From: a bacterium
Lineage (GTDB): Bacteria > Patescibacteriota > Minisyncoccia > Phycocordibacterales > Phycocordibacteraceae
Direction: 5' to 3'
DNA length: 48,056 nt
NCBI GenBank assembly: GCA_021824605.1
Contig: JAKAKH010000013.1
Span: forward strand, 1-48,056
Part shown: positions 32,054-41,530 of the stretch, in pieces
How positions within the stretch are numbered: position 1 is the stretch's first letter
How the letters are laid out: each line of letters starts with the position of its first letter
Notes under the pieces: model-generated
The model's input: the letters and a program-made list of their open reading frames with translations, nothing else
What the model was told of the DNA's origin: nothing
The model's database searches: none
Made by a program: the position numbers and the translations under genes

Positions 32054-34810
32054 ATGGAATCAGCACCGAAGTTATCGACGCCGGAAGAAGAGCTGGCGTA
32101 TTTGCGTGAACAGGTGGCGCAGAAGGAAGCAGAGCTTGCACGAGGTGGTGCGCTTGATCGTCCGCGTATTATCGCGGAGCAATTGTATACGCATCACGCG
32201 GTCAGTGCCGAGATGCTTGCGCCCGAGTACCGTATGAGTGAGGCAACAAAAGCGAGCGAGGCGGATGCGCTTCTCGCGGAGCTTGCTCTCGGGGGAGACG
32301 AGAACGTGGTGAAGAGCTTACAGAAGACGATGGAGGAAAAAGGCATTAAAAATGCACTCGCGGTGCTTGAGAAAGTGGGCGATGCGCAGGTTACCGATGA
32401 CTTCCATCGGTATCTCGTCCGGTATATCGCCGCAGGACTGCCGGTGCTTGGCGCAGAGGAGCGTTCTCCTCGGGTTGCCGCACTGAAGATGACGTTGTAC
32501 GAGATTGCGCTCCCGGGACCACAGAGTGATGAGTCGCCTGCGCGCGGGAAGACCTTGAAGGAGCTTATCTCCGGTATGGAACAATTCTATGCCGGCCTCC
32601 TCTCTGTTGGTGCCGCTGAACCGGGCGAGCCAAATTATTTTGCTCTTGAGCTTGCCGTCCCGGCCGATAGCCCAGAACTGCAGTTCTATGCGGCAGTCCC
32701 GAACAGCAAACGCAGTTTATTTGAAAAGCAGTTGTTGGCGATATTCCCCGAGGCACACTTGGTGCCCCAGCCGGCTGACTACAATATCTTCGCTCCGGGT
32801 GGTGCCGCACTCGTCTCGGTCGCGCGTCTTGCAACGCATCCGGCTCTTCCGCTCAAGGAGTATACCGACTTTGATTACGATCCGATTAATGCAGTGATGA
32901 ATGCTTTTTCAAAAATCGAGCACGTGGGTGAGGGTGCGGCACTGCAGATTATTATCGAGCCACGAGGAGAACGACACGTGTCGCATTATCGAAAGATAGT
33001 GCAGGCGCTTCGTAAGGGCGAGAAGCGACTTTCCGCATTCAGCACGCCAGAGACACTCCTTGGTGAGATTGCGCGTGACTTCGGGAAGACACTATTTTCA
33101 AGTAAGCCGAAGGATGTTGAAAAAGCGAAGGAAGCTGAGATACGACAGATTGAGGAGAATGCGACGCTTATCAAAGAGGTTGAAAAGAAAATTGCGGCGC
33201 CGATTGTCGGAGCGACGGTACGACTCGCTGTCTCTTCTGGGCAGGCGCAGACGGCCGCGCAAGTGCTTGGTGATCTTGAGGCGGCGTTTAACCAATTTGC
33301 AAACACAGAAGGGAATCAGTTGGTGTTCGAGCGCGTGGGCGAGCGCCAGACACAGCGAGTGTTAGAGGAATTCTCTTTCCGGTTGCCTGATCTGCGGGCA
33401 CTCCCGCTCTCGCTCCGCGAACTCACGACGCTCTATCACTTCCCACCGCTGGGTATTGAGAGTTCGCCACACTTGCGGCAGTCGCGTTTTACGCACGCTC
33501 CCGCCCCGCTCGCACTCCCACACGCTGGCGTGCTTCTTGGAAGCAATACGTATCGCGGTCAGACGACCCCTATCTATCTCTCACCCGAAGATCGGTTACG
33601 ACACCTCTACGTTATCGGGCAGACCGGTACCGGTAAGACCGGATTTTTGAAATCGATGATCATACAGGATATTCACAATGGCGAAGGGTGCTGCTTCATC
33701 GATCCACACGGTAATGACATTCTTGATATTCTCGCCGCAGTTCCGCCGGAGCGCTATAAAGATGTCATTTATTTCGATCCGGCCGATCTCTCGCGCCCAT
33801 TTGCGTTAAATTTTCTCGAGTACGATCCCTCGCGTCCTGAGCAGAAGACGTTCATTGTGAATGAGCTGTTGATGATTTTCAAACGTCTCTACGGCGATGT
33901 GCCTGAGAGTATGGGACCTGCGTTTGAACAGTATTTCCGTAACGCGACGCTTCTCGTGATGGAGGACCCAGGAAGTGGTTCGACGCTGCTCGATATTGCA
34001 CGGGTTCTGAGCAACAAGGAATTTCGAGAACAGAAACTCTCGAGAAGTATGAATCCTGTGGTGAATCAGTTCTGGAATGAGATTGCAACGAAAGCCGGAG
34101 GTGAAGCGTCACTTGAAAATATCGTCCCGTACATCACGAACAAGTTTGATGACTTCACGGCGAATGATTTTATTCGACCGATTGTGGGACAGCAGGAGTC
34201 GTCATTTCGTTTCCGCGAGGTGATGGATACGAAGAAGATTCTTCTTGTGAATCTCTCGAAAGGTCGCCTCGGCGAGCGCAATGCGAACTTGCTTGGTCTC
34301 ATTATCGTCGGAAAGCTTTTTATGGCGGCGCTCTCGCGTGCGGACACCCCTCGTGCACCGTATCCTCCGTTCTATCTCTACATCGATGAATTCCAGAATG
34401 TCACGACCGACTCAATCCCGGGCATTCTCTCGGAAGCACGTAAATACAAACTTTCACTCGCGATGGCACATCAGTTCCTGACGCAAATCGAAGAGAAGAC
34501 GCGTAATGCGGTCTTCGGCAACGTGGGGAATATGGCCGTCTTCCGTGTCGGTGAAGAGGATGGAGAGTTTTTCGCAAAACAGTTCGCCCCTGTCTTCAAG
34601 GCGCTCGATTTCGTAAATATCGAGAATCGAAATGCGTATATGAAGATACTCGCCGGAGGCATACCGCAGAAACCGTTTGATATGAAGACGGCAGATATAC
34701 CGGAGCTCAATAGGGAGCAAGTTGACGATCTCATCCACCTCTCCTCACTTACGTATGGTCGTGACCGTGCTACTGTTGAACATATGATTCGTGAACGATA
34801 TCTTTCATAA
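32054..34810 (+). CDS. T4SS coupling-protein-like (TraG/TraD/VirD4-type) P-loop ATPase with a long uncharacterised N-terminal domain
   Basis: Walker A VIGQTGTGKTGF followed by CCFIDPHGNDI; Walker B FYLYIDEFQNV; then ...ARKYKLSLAMAHQFLTQI...GNVGNMAVFRV. The roughly 480-aa N-terminus has no TM helix. The start is taken at ATG 32054. Confidence 0.7.
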   Translation: MESAPKLSTPEEELAYLREQVAQKEAELARGGALDRPRIIAEQLYTHHAVSAEMLAPEYRMSEATKASEADALLAELALGGDENVVKSLQKTMEEKGIKNALAVLEKVGDAQVTDDFHRYLVRYIAAGLPVLGAEERSPRVAALKMTLYEIALPGPQSDESPARGKTLKELISGMEQFYAGLLSVGAAEPGEPNYFALELAVPADSPELQFYAAVPNSKRSLFEKQLLAIFPEAHLVPQPADYNIFAPGGAALVSVARLATHPALPLKEYTDFDYDPINAVMNAFSKIEHVGEGAALQIIIEPRGERHVSHYRKIVQALRKGEKRLSAFSTPETLLGEIARDFGKTLFSSKPKDVEKAKEAEIRQIEENATLIKEVEKKIAAPIVGATVRLAVSSGQAQTAAQVLGDLEAAFNQFANTEGNQLVFERVGERQTQRVLEEFSFRLPDLRALPLSLRELTTLYHFPPLGIESSPHLRQSRFTHAPAPLALPHAGVLLGSNTYRGQTTPIYLSPEDRLRHLYVIGQTGTGKTGFLKSMIIQDIHNGEGCCFIDPHGNDILDILAAVPPERYKDVIYFDPADLSRPFALNFLEYDPSRPEQKTFIVNELLMIFKRLYGDVPESMGPAFEQYFRNATLLVMEDPGSGSTLLDIARVLSNKEFREQKLSRSMNPVVNQFWNEIATKAGGEASLENIVPYITNKFDDFTANDFIRPIVGQQESSFRFREVMDTKKILLVNLSKGRLGERNANLLGLIIVGKLFMAALSRADTPRAPYPPFYLYIDEFQNVTTDSIPGILSEARKYKLSLAMAHQFLTQIEEKTRNAVFGNVGNMAVFRVGEEDGEFFAKQFAPVFKALDFVNIENRNAYMKILAGGIPQKPFDMKTADIPELNREQVDDLIHLSSLTYGRDRATVEHMIRERYLS

Positions 34811-34819
34811 AAATGGCGT

Positions 34820-37174
34820 ATGAGTACTGAAGGTAACAACGAATGGAAGCCAGCGCATCAGGAAGAATACGAACAGTATGTCGAGAAGGTTGTTGCTGAG
34901 GTAACCGATCCGGAGGGAGGACAGAACGAGAAAGAACGAGGAGTAGCAAGCGCTCCGACTACCGCATTAGCGAATGCTTTTGCAGAAGCGAAACAATTGA
35001 AGCCGCGCGCACCACGAGGGAAGAAGGTACGCGAGCAGGCGCCGCAAGTTCCTACTGAGGAGAAAAAAGCTGAAGAGTTTATACAAGTGGAGACGAAGCC
35101 GGGTCTCGCGTGGGAAGAACCGAAGGAGGCACCGCCAGTAGGGCGAGCTCCTCGACCTGCGGCAAAGATCGAGGAGGGACCTTTTGTGCAAGTCGAGACA
35201 AAAATTCCCGTAGGGGAAGCGACTGAGCTCTCTCTCCCTGTCTTGGATACGGTGGTAGGGCGTGAGGCTGGGATACAAGAGTCTTCGTTTGAGAGTATCA
35301 GAGCTCTCCTTGCACAGGAATTAGAGGAAGAAGGGAAGCTTGAGAAGTTGACACTCACTCGCGTGCCTGACGGGTTGCAGTTGCATGCTGAGCTCGATGC
35401 AGGATTGCTAGACGGCAGGGCGGTCGTCGATGGGATGATTACTAACGGTCCGAAATGGATCCATATCGACGACGGGCTCGAGGTAAAAGGTCGTGAGCGA
35501 ATGAAGGTGAAGGTGAAGAATGCGCTTCTCTTTTTTGAAGATGCTGTGCAAGACCATTTTGAAAAACAGTATGCGGGTGCGGTGAGCGGCATTAGTCTCG
35601 GGGAGACAAATCTCCAGATCAACCTTTCGGGTGGAGAAGCTGCTCAAAGCCCTGTCGAAGGCGTGGCAGGTTCCTCAGAACCAACCGAGAGTACGCCGAA
35701 GGAATGGCGTGAAAAACTACGTACGCTTATTGCTGGAGCAAAAGAAAAAATAGGCGGGGGTGAACGAAGTGCATTTCTTGAAAAGCGTTCGGAGGATTTG
35801 GATAGAGAAGCTGCAACACTCGGTATGACTGAAAAGAAGTTCCGAGAACTTGGAGAGTGGTACAACAAGTATGGATGGAAGACGAAACTCGCAGTCGGTG
35901 CGAGTCTCGGTATTGGGGCAGGTATATTCGCAACGGCTTCAATGCCGCTCGCGATTGCCTGTCTCTCAGGTATTGCCGCTCAGCGTACCGCAGGTCTTGC
36001 GAGTTCTTTCTTAAAATTCGAGAAACAAGCCAAGGATACTGCCTGGGGGAAGGAAAAGGCGATGGGGAAGGCAATAGCCTATACCGCCACTATGACGGGA
36101 GCAATGCTTCTCCTTACCGAGGGGGTGAAAGAGGGAGTAAGCTATGCACAAGAGCATGATTGGGGTGGGGCAACGCACGAATGGCTCAAACAGCATTGGC
36201 CATTTGGAAATGGCGCAAAGCCTATGAATAGGATAGCGACAGGGGTAGTGACTTCCGAGGTACCGGACGTATCGACCATCGATATACCGGCAACGCCCGG
36301 TCACGGTGCTGAGTATATGATGAAGCAATTATGGGAACAGATGCAGTCGAAGCACATCACGCTCCCTTCGGGTACTGATCCTCATAGCGATCTCGCTCGG
36401 CTTCTGCAGGCGAAGCCAGATGAGATCGATAAGGTTGTGCATATGATAGCTACTGATCCGAAGCATGGGTTCTTTAATCCCGATGGTACGAGTGTCCAGG
36501 TCAATCTAAATTCGCACCTAACCATTGGTACTGACGGTCAGATACGTCTCGACGGTCATCTAAGAGCACCAGAGCACACACCAACGGCCTCGCATGCACT
36601 CTCCGAATCGTCAGGCATACGGGAGACAGTCACGCCTTCCGATTTTGTTCCCCAGCCGCCGTTTACGTCGCTTGATGCACCAGTACCAACTCCGTCGGCA
36701 ATGCCTCTTGAGCAGCATATCCCTGTTCCCGAGTCATCTTCTATACCGGACAGCACACTAAGTGCTCCCCATCACGAGACGGGATATTTGGAAGACAGTA
36801 GTGGTCACTCAGTCGTCGATTCACAAGGGCATCCTATTCATATCGGCTCTGCAGAAGTGGCGTCGAATATAAATGTCTTCGGTATTCCTGTTCCGCCCAC
36901 CGAACCGCATCTCTATCTGGGTGAAGGGAAGACACTATTTGTCTATGGCGGCTCCCTCGAGGAAAGAGCGAAATTGGTTGGGGACTATCTCGCACACAAC
37001 CCAGGAAAGATAGTCTACGGAGAGGGCGCGGACGCACATCGAGTAACCTGGATTCGCGACCTTGCTGGGAAGGTGGTGCAGGGTCCTCCGGTGCGAGCGA
37101 AGGGTCTCTCTGGCCTCTTTTCGCCCTTCATGCGAGCGCCAAACCCTGATGAATTTAGGGTGCAAATTAAATAA
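34820..37174 (+). CDS. Large hypothetical membrane protein
   Basis: 784 aa. It has a charged N-terminus with repeated F(I/V)QVETK motifs, central TM helices (KLAVGASLGIGAGIFATASMPLAIACLSGIAA; AIAYTATMTGAMLLL) and a C-terminal globular region. It starts 10 nt after the ATPase stop. Confidence 0.6.
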   Translation: MSTEGNNEWKPAHQEEYEQYVEKVVAEVTDPEGGQNEKERGVASAPTTALANAFAEAKQLKPRAPRGKKVREQAPQVPTEEKKAEEFIQVETKPGLAWEEPKEAPPVGRAPRPAAKIEEGPFVQVETKIPVGEATELSLPVLDTVVGREAGIQESSFESIRALLAQELEEEGKLEKLTLTRVPDGLQLHAELDAGLLDGRAVVDGMITNGPKWIHIDDGLEVKGRERMKVKVKNALLFFEDAVQDHFEKQYAGAVSGISLGETNLQINLSGGEAAQSPVEGVAGSSEPTESTPKEWREKLRTLIAGAKEKIGGGERSAFLEKRSEDLDREAATLGMTEKKFRELGEWYNKYGWKTKLAVGASLGIGAGIFATASMPLAIACLSGIAAQRTAGLASSFLKFEKQAKDTAWGKEKAMGKAIAYTATMTGAMLLLTEGVKEGVSYAQEHDWGGATHEWLKQHWPFGNGAKPMNRIATGVVTSEVPDVSTIDIPATPGHGAEYMMKQLWEQMQSKHITLPSGTDPHSDLARLLQAKPDEIDKVVHMIATDPKHGFFNPDGTSVQVNLNSHLTIGTDGQIRLDGHLRAPEHTPTASHALSESSGIRETVTPSDFVPQPPFTSLDAPVPTPSAMPLEQHIPVPESSSIPDSTLSAPHHETGYLEDSSGHSVVDSQGHPIHIGSAEVASNINVFGIPVPPTEPHLYLGEGKTLFVYGGSLEERAKLVGDYLAHNPGKIVYGEGADAHRVTWIRDLAGKVVQGPPVRAKGLSGLFSPFMRAPNPDEFRVQIK

Positions 37175-37186
37175 ATAACTCATGCT

Positions 37187-37504
37187 ATGATGTCACCTAT
37201 GCCCGACGAACTTACCGCCCTCATTGCTGCCGATCTTGGTATTACTGATCTTCCTGTAGAAGAGCAGAAGACTATTATTGCGCAGTTTGGTGAGGTCGCG
37301 CTGAAGGCTGCAACGCTCACAGTCGTTAGGAAACTTCCTGAGGAGAAGCGCGAGGCGTTTGGGAAACTCGTCGAAGCTGGCGATGCATCTGCACTGAAAG
37401 CTTTTCTCGATGTTGAAGTTCCTGACCATGAGGCGTCGGTGAAAGCCGCCGTTGCGGAGGAGATCAAACGATTTAAAGATTTTCAGGCCGAAAGTGCCGC
37501 TTAA
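37187..37504 (+). CDS. Small acidic hypothetical protein (DUF5663-like)
   Basis: 105 aa. ...LPVEEQKTIIAQFGEVALKAATLTVVRKLPEEKREAF... resembles the DUF5663 proteins common in CPR genomes (from memory). Confidence 0.5.
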   Translation: MMSPMPDELTALIAADLGITDLPVEEQKTIIAQFGEVALKAATLTVVRKLPEEKREAFGKLVEAGDASALKAFLDVEVPDHEASVKAAVAEEIKRFKDFQAESAA

Positions 37505-37519
37505 TAGTAATGTAGCGAT

Positions 37520-38050
37520 ATGAAACCAACTCAGACCGGTATTGCTGTAGCGCTTGCGCTCGTTGCCGTTCTTGTGTTCTTTGTTTTCCCGGGCCTCTCG
37601 CCATTCCAGATGGGAAGTCAAAGTGACACTGCGGCGGTTGCGAGCACAACCACAGACTCTTCTTCTACTACTACTCAAACTGCTTCAACCACAACTATGA
37701 CTACAGAAAATTCAGACCAGCTTCAGATTATTGATGAGACCGTCGGTACAGGAGCAGTCGCGGCTGCTGGCGATACCGTCACCGTCAACTACGTAGGTGC
37801 CTTCACCGATGGGAAAGTTTTTGATGCCTCAGCAAATCATGGCTCCACAGGCTTCACCTTCCATCTCGGTGCCGGCCAGGTGATTAAGGGATGGGACGAG
37901 GGTATCGTCGGGATGCGAGAGGGCGGGAAGCGTAAGCTCGTCATCCCTGCATCACTCGGGTACGGACCAAACGATTACGGACCTATCCCAGGGAACTCAA
38001 CACTCGTCTTCGAGGTGGAGCTCTTGAAGGTACAGAAAGCCGGTCAATAA
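37520..38050 (+). CDS. FKBP-type peptidyl-prolyl cis-trans isomerase, membrane-anchored
   Basis: GDTVTVNYVGAFTDGKVFDAS...FHLGAGQVIKGWDEGIVGMREGGKRKLVIPASLGYG...LVFEVELLKV. Confidence 0.9.
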   Translation: MKPTQTGIAVALALVAVLVFFVFPGLSPFQMGSQSDTAAVASTTTDSSSTTTQTASTTTMTTENSDQLQIIDETVGTGAVAAAGDTVTVNYVGAFTDGKVFDASANHGSTGFTFHLGAGQVIKGWDEGIVGMREGGKRKLVIPASLGYGPNDYGPIPGNSTLVFEVELLKVQKAGQ

Positions 38051-38063
38051 ACGCACAGAGAAT

Positions 38064-38108
38064 AAAAGAATGGGCACGCGCTCACGAGCGCGTGCCCATT
38101 CTTTTATT
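38064..38108 (+). terminator. Intrinsic terminator
   Basis: AAAAGAATGGGCACGCGCTC...GAGCGCGTGCCCATTCTTTT, a long perfect palindrome followed by ATTCT. Confidence 0.6.
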
Positions 38109-38133
38109 CTCCTACTTCTGTTACCGTGGTGGT

Positions 38134-39351
38134 ATGAGTGCTCTCACTTTCACTATCGAACAGCGCTCGCCGCGTGGCGGCGCCCGGGCAGGTACGCTTC
38201 TAACCCCACACGGGGTCATCCACACCCCGGTGTTTACTCCGGTGGGGACGAAGGCAAATGTGAAAGGTATTTTGCCGGCGCAACTGAAAGCACTGGGTGC
38301 CGAGGCGGTCCTCGCGAACACCTATCATCTCTATCTGCAGCCTGGCGAGGAGGTGGTACAGCAAGCAGGTGGTCTCGCTTCGTTTATGAATTGGCAAGGA
38401 CCGACTATCACCGACTCAGGAGGATTCCAAGTGTTTTCTCTCGGCGCAGCGTTCGGCAAAACGATTTCAAAATTTGTACGTGAAGAGGCGCCGCAAGAAC
38501 AGGGAGTCTCCGTCTATGACGAAAGCGTTGCGAGTCAGCATGGGCAGCTTGCGGTTATTGATGATGAGGGAGTCTCGTTTACGTCGCACCTCGACGGGTC
38601 GCTTCACCGTTTTACGCCTGAACGTTCAATCGAAATTCAGCATGCGCTTGGTGCAGACATATTTTTCGCATTCGACGAATGCACGTCACCGACAGAAACG
38701 TACGAGTATCAGCGTGAGGCGATGGAACGCACACATCGTTGGGCAGAGCGAAGTCTTGCGACGCATCGGCACAATATTGATGCAAATAAGAAACAGGCGA
38801 TCTTCGGTATTGTGCAGGGAGGTCGCTATGAAGATTTACGCCGTGAATCAGCCCGCGAGATAGCTTCACTCGGCTTTGACGGTATCGGTATCGGCGGCTC
38901 GTTCTCGAAGGAAGATATGCGGGGAGCCCTCCAGGCTGCTGTCGGCGAACTTCCCGAAGAATTACCGCGCCACTTCCTCGGTATCGGTGAGCCGGGAGAT
39001 ATTCTCGAGGGTATCGCAAGCGGTATGGATATGTTTGACTGCGTCGCAGCGACTCGTATCGGCAGACACGGTTCTATTTATACGAAGCAGGGCATTCTGC
39101 ATCTTAGGAATGGACAGTTTACAAACGACTTTTCTCCACTTGATCCTGAGACCCCAATCCCAGGAACAGAATCGTTCACGCGGGCGTATGTGTCGCATTT
39201 GGTGCGAGCAGGGGAGATGACCGGATCAGTTATTTGCTCGCTGCATAACGTCGGCTTTATTCTGCGGCTCGTCTCCGGGGCACGTCAGGCGATTCTCGAT
39301 GGACGTTTTGACGACTATCGTGCAGACTTTGTACGCAACTACTATGGCTAA
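38134..39351 (+). CDS. tgt: Queuine tRNA-ribosyltransferase
   Basis: FTIEQRS..GARAGTLLTPHGVIHTPVFTPVGT...VLANTYHL...DSGGFQVFSL...FAFDEC.... The start is taken at ATG 38134. Confidence 0.95.
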   Translation: MSALTFTIEQRSPRGGARAGTLLTPHGVIHTPVFTPVGTKANVKGILPAQLKALGAEAVLANTYHLYLQPGEEVVQQAGGLASFMNWQGPTITDSGGFQVFSLGAAFGKTISKFVREEAPQEQGVSVYDESVASQHGQLAVIDDEGVSFTSHLDGSLHRFTPERSIEIQHALGADIFFAFDECTSPTETYEYQREAMERTHRWAERSLATHRHNIDANKKQAIFGIVQGGRYEDLRRESAREIASLGFDGIGIGGSFSKEDMRGALQAAVGELPEELPRHFLGIGEPGDILEGIASGMDMFDCVAATRIGRHGSIYTKQGILHLRNGQFTNDFSPLDPETPIPGTESFTRAYVSHLVRAGEMTGSVICSLHNVGFILRLVSGARQAILDGRFDDYRADFVRNYYG

Positions 39352-41398
39352 TTTCAAGATTCACACCCCCTATCCGCCAGCAGGTGATCAGCCTGCAGCA
39401 ATTAAGAAACTCGAAGACGGGCTCGAGCGAGGCTTGCGGCATCAGACTCTCTTCGGGGTGACCGGGAGCGGGAAGACGTTTACGGCGGCAAATGTCATTG
39501 CAAAGCACGATAAACCCACTCTGGTCTTGGCACACAACAAGACACTCGCGGCACAGCTTGCACAAGAGTACCGAGAATTCTTTCCTGAAAATGCGGTGCA
39601 TTACTTCGTGTCGTACTACGACTACTATCAGCCCGAAGCGTATATCGCGCATTCAGATACGTATATCGAGAAAGAAGCGATGATCAATGCAGAGATTGAT
39701 CGCTTGCGTCATGCGGCGACCCAAGCGCTCCTCACACGCAAGGACGTGATTATTGTCGCTTCCGTCTCAGCAATCTACGGTCTCGGGTCACCGGAGCAGT
39801 ACGAGAAAGTGCATGTGAAAATCGAACAAGGCGCACAAGAGGATCGTGCCGCACTGGTCCGTAAACTCGTGGGTATTTATTTTGAACGCACCACTGCTGA
39901 TCTGAATCCCGGCCAAGTGCGCGCTATTGGGAACTCGCTTGAATTTATGCCGGTCAACGAACGGGTCGTCTATCGCGTTGCGTTTGAGGGTGACTCTATC
40001 GCTTCTATTGCGCAGCTTGATCCGGTCTCGCGCGCGAAACTTGCGGAGCCCACGTCAATTTTCGTTTTCCCTGCGAAACACTTCGTCTCGAGCGAAGAGG
40101 AGCGTTTGCGTGCTATCGAAGATATTAAACTTGAGCTTGAAGAACAGCTCGCGAAATTTAAACGTGAGGCGAAACCGCTTGAAGCCGAACGTTTGAAGCG
40201 TCGCACACTCCACGACTTGGCCCTCATCCGCGAGATTGGCTACACCAATGGTATTGAGAATTATTCGCGACACTTTGATGGGCGGAAGCCAGGCGAACCG
40301 CCGTTCACTTTGCTCTCGTATTTCCCGCACACCAAGGAAGGTGCGCCAGATTTCCTTACAATTATTGATGAATCGCATGTAACCGTTCCTCAGATTGGCG
40401 GTATGTATGCAGGTGACAAATCACGGAAGGATACGCTTGTTGAGTATGGGTTCCGCCTCCCGTCGGCTCGCGATAATCGACCGCTTCGTTTCGAAGAATT
40501 TGAAGAACGGGTTGGTCAGGTGATCTATACAAGCGCGACGCCGGGAGAATACGAACGGCTGCATTCTGCACAAGTGGTCGAGCAGATCATTCGTCCGACG
40601 GGTCTCATCGACCCCGAGCTCACGGTGCGCGGTGTGAGTGAGACCGGCTCCTATCACGGACAAATTGCAGATTTCATTGAAGAAGCCGGGGCGGTTATTA
40701 AACGTGGCGGCCGCGCACTCGCAACAACACTGACGAAACAAATGGCCGAGGATCTCTCGGTATTCCTCCGCGAACAGGGTATTAAGGCTGAGTATGTCCA
40801 CTCCGATGTGAAGACTATTGACCGTATCGATATCCTGACCAATTTTAGAAAAGGGAAATTTGACTTACTTGTCGGCGTGAATCTCTTGCGCGAAGGGCTC
40901 GACTTACCTGAGGTTGAATTGGTGGGGATTCTTGATGCTGATAAAGAAGGTTTCTTGCGCAGCGAGACATCGCTTATTCAGACGATCGGGCGTGCTGCGC
41001 GTAATGTGCTCGGACGGGTGATTCTCTATGCGGACGTGATGACTGGTTCGCTCGAACGCGCTATCAGTGAGACCAATCGTCGTCGTGCACTGCAGCTTGC
41101 CTATAATACGGAACACCATATTACGCCGCTGACGATTAAGAAAGAGATCCGAGACATTGCAGAGAGTATGCGAAGCGAACATCAGAAGACTATCGATGAA
41201 CTGCTGGTGCTTGACACGCTTGCGTACGAAGACGATCCGAAAGCGTTCATTGCACGTAAAAGGGAAGAGATGGCTGAAGCTGTGGAGCGACTCGACTTCG
41301 AGACCGCGGCACTCATTCGGGATGAACTCTACAAACTTGAGGGCAACGGACCAAAAGCGAAAAAACCCCGCACTCGCAAGGCACTTTCCGGGAAGTAA
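39344..41398 (+). CDS. uvrB: Excinuclease ABC subunit B
   Basis: F.IHTPY.PAGDQP.AI..L...GVTGSGKTFT...YFVSYYDYYQPEAY..., helicase motifs and a C-terminal UVR domain (FETAALIRDEL). It overlaps tgt by 8 nt. Confidence 0.95.
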   Translation: MANFKIHTPYPPAGDQPAAIKKLEDGLERGLRHQTLFGVTGSGKTFTAANVIAKHDKPTLVLAHNKTLAAQLAQEYREFFPENAVHYFVSYYDYYQPEAYIAHSDTYIEKEAMINAEIDRLRHAATQALLTRKDVIIVASVSAIYGLGSPEQYEKVHVKIEQGAQEDRAALVRKLVGIYFERTTADLNPGQVRAIGNSLEFMPVNERVVYRVAFEGDSIASIAQLDPVSRAKLAEPTSIFVFPAKHFVSSEEERLRAIEDIKLELEEQLAKFKREAKPLEAERLKRRTLHDLALIREIGYTNGIENYSRHFDGRKPGEPPFTLLSYFPHTKEGAPDFLTIIDESHVTVPQIGGMYAGDKSRKDTLVEYGFRLPSARDNRPLRFEEFEERVGQVIYTSATPGEYERLHSAQVVEQIIRPTGLIDPELTVRGVSETGSYHGQIADFIEEAGAVIKRGGRALATTLTKQMAEDLSVFLREQGIKAEYVHSDVKTIDRIDILTNFRKGKFDLLVGVNLLREGLDLPEVELVGILDADKEGFLRSETSLIQTIGRAARNVLGRVILYADVMTGSLERAISETNRRRALQLAYNTEHHITPLTIKKEIRDIAESMRSEHQKTIDELLVLDTLAYEDDPKAFIARKREEMAEAVERLDFETAALIRDELYKLEGNGPKAKKPRTRKALSGK

Positions 41399-41413
41399 AA
41401 GAATCTGGAGGGC

Positions 41414-41442
41414 TTGACAGGAGTCTAATAAAGGCGTATATT
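41414..41442 (+). promoter_or_regulatory. Sigma70-like promoter
   Basis: TTGACA, 17-nt spacer, TATATT. The leader of about 82 nt begins with a CUCC-UUCG-GGAG hairpin. Confidence 0.55.
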
Positions 41443-41530
41443 CTCCTTCGGAGGTGCGTAGTGTATTGCTCGGAAGAGCGAACCCACCTGCGTGCTTGAT
41501 CCATTCACCAACTTTAGGGAAGGAGCGGTC

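Noticed and set aside
34858-35622. 254-aa minus-strand ORF (also 21861-22385, 22849-23349, 23572-24210 and 12039-12608 elsewhere)
   Set aside because: All are antisense or out of frame to longer ORFs that have clear motifs or a better coding pattern. They are Ser/Ala/Arg/Cys-rich, which is typical of shadow frames.
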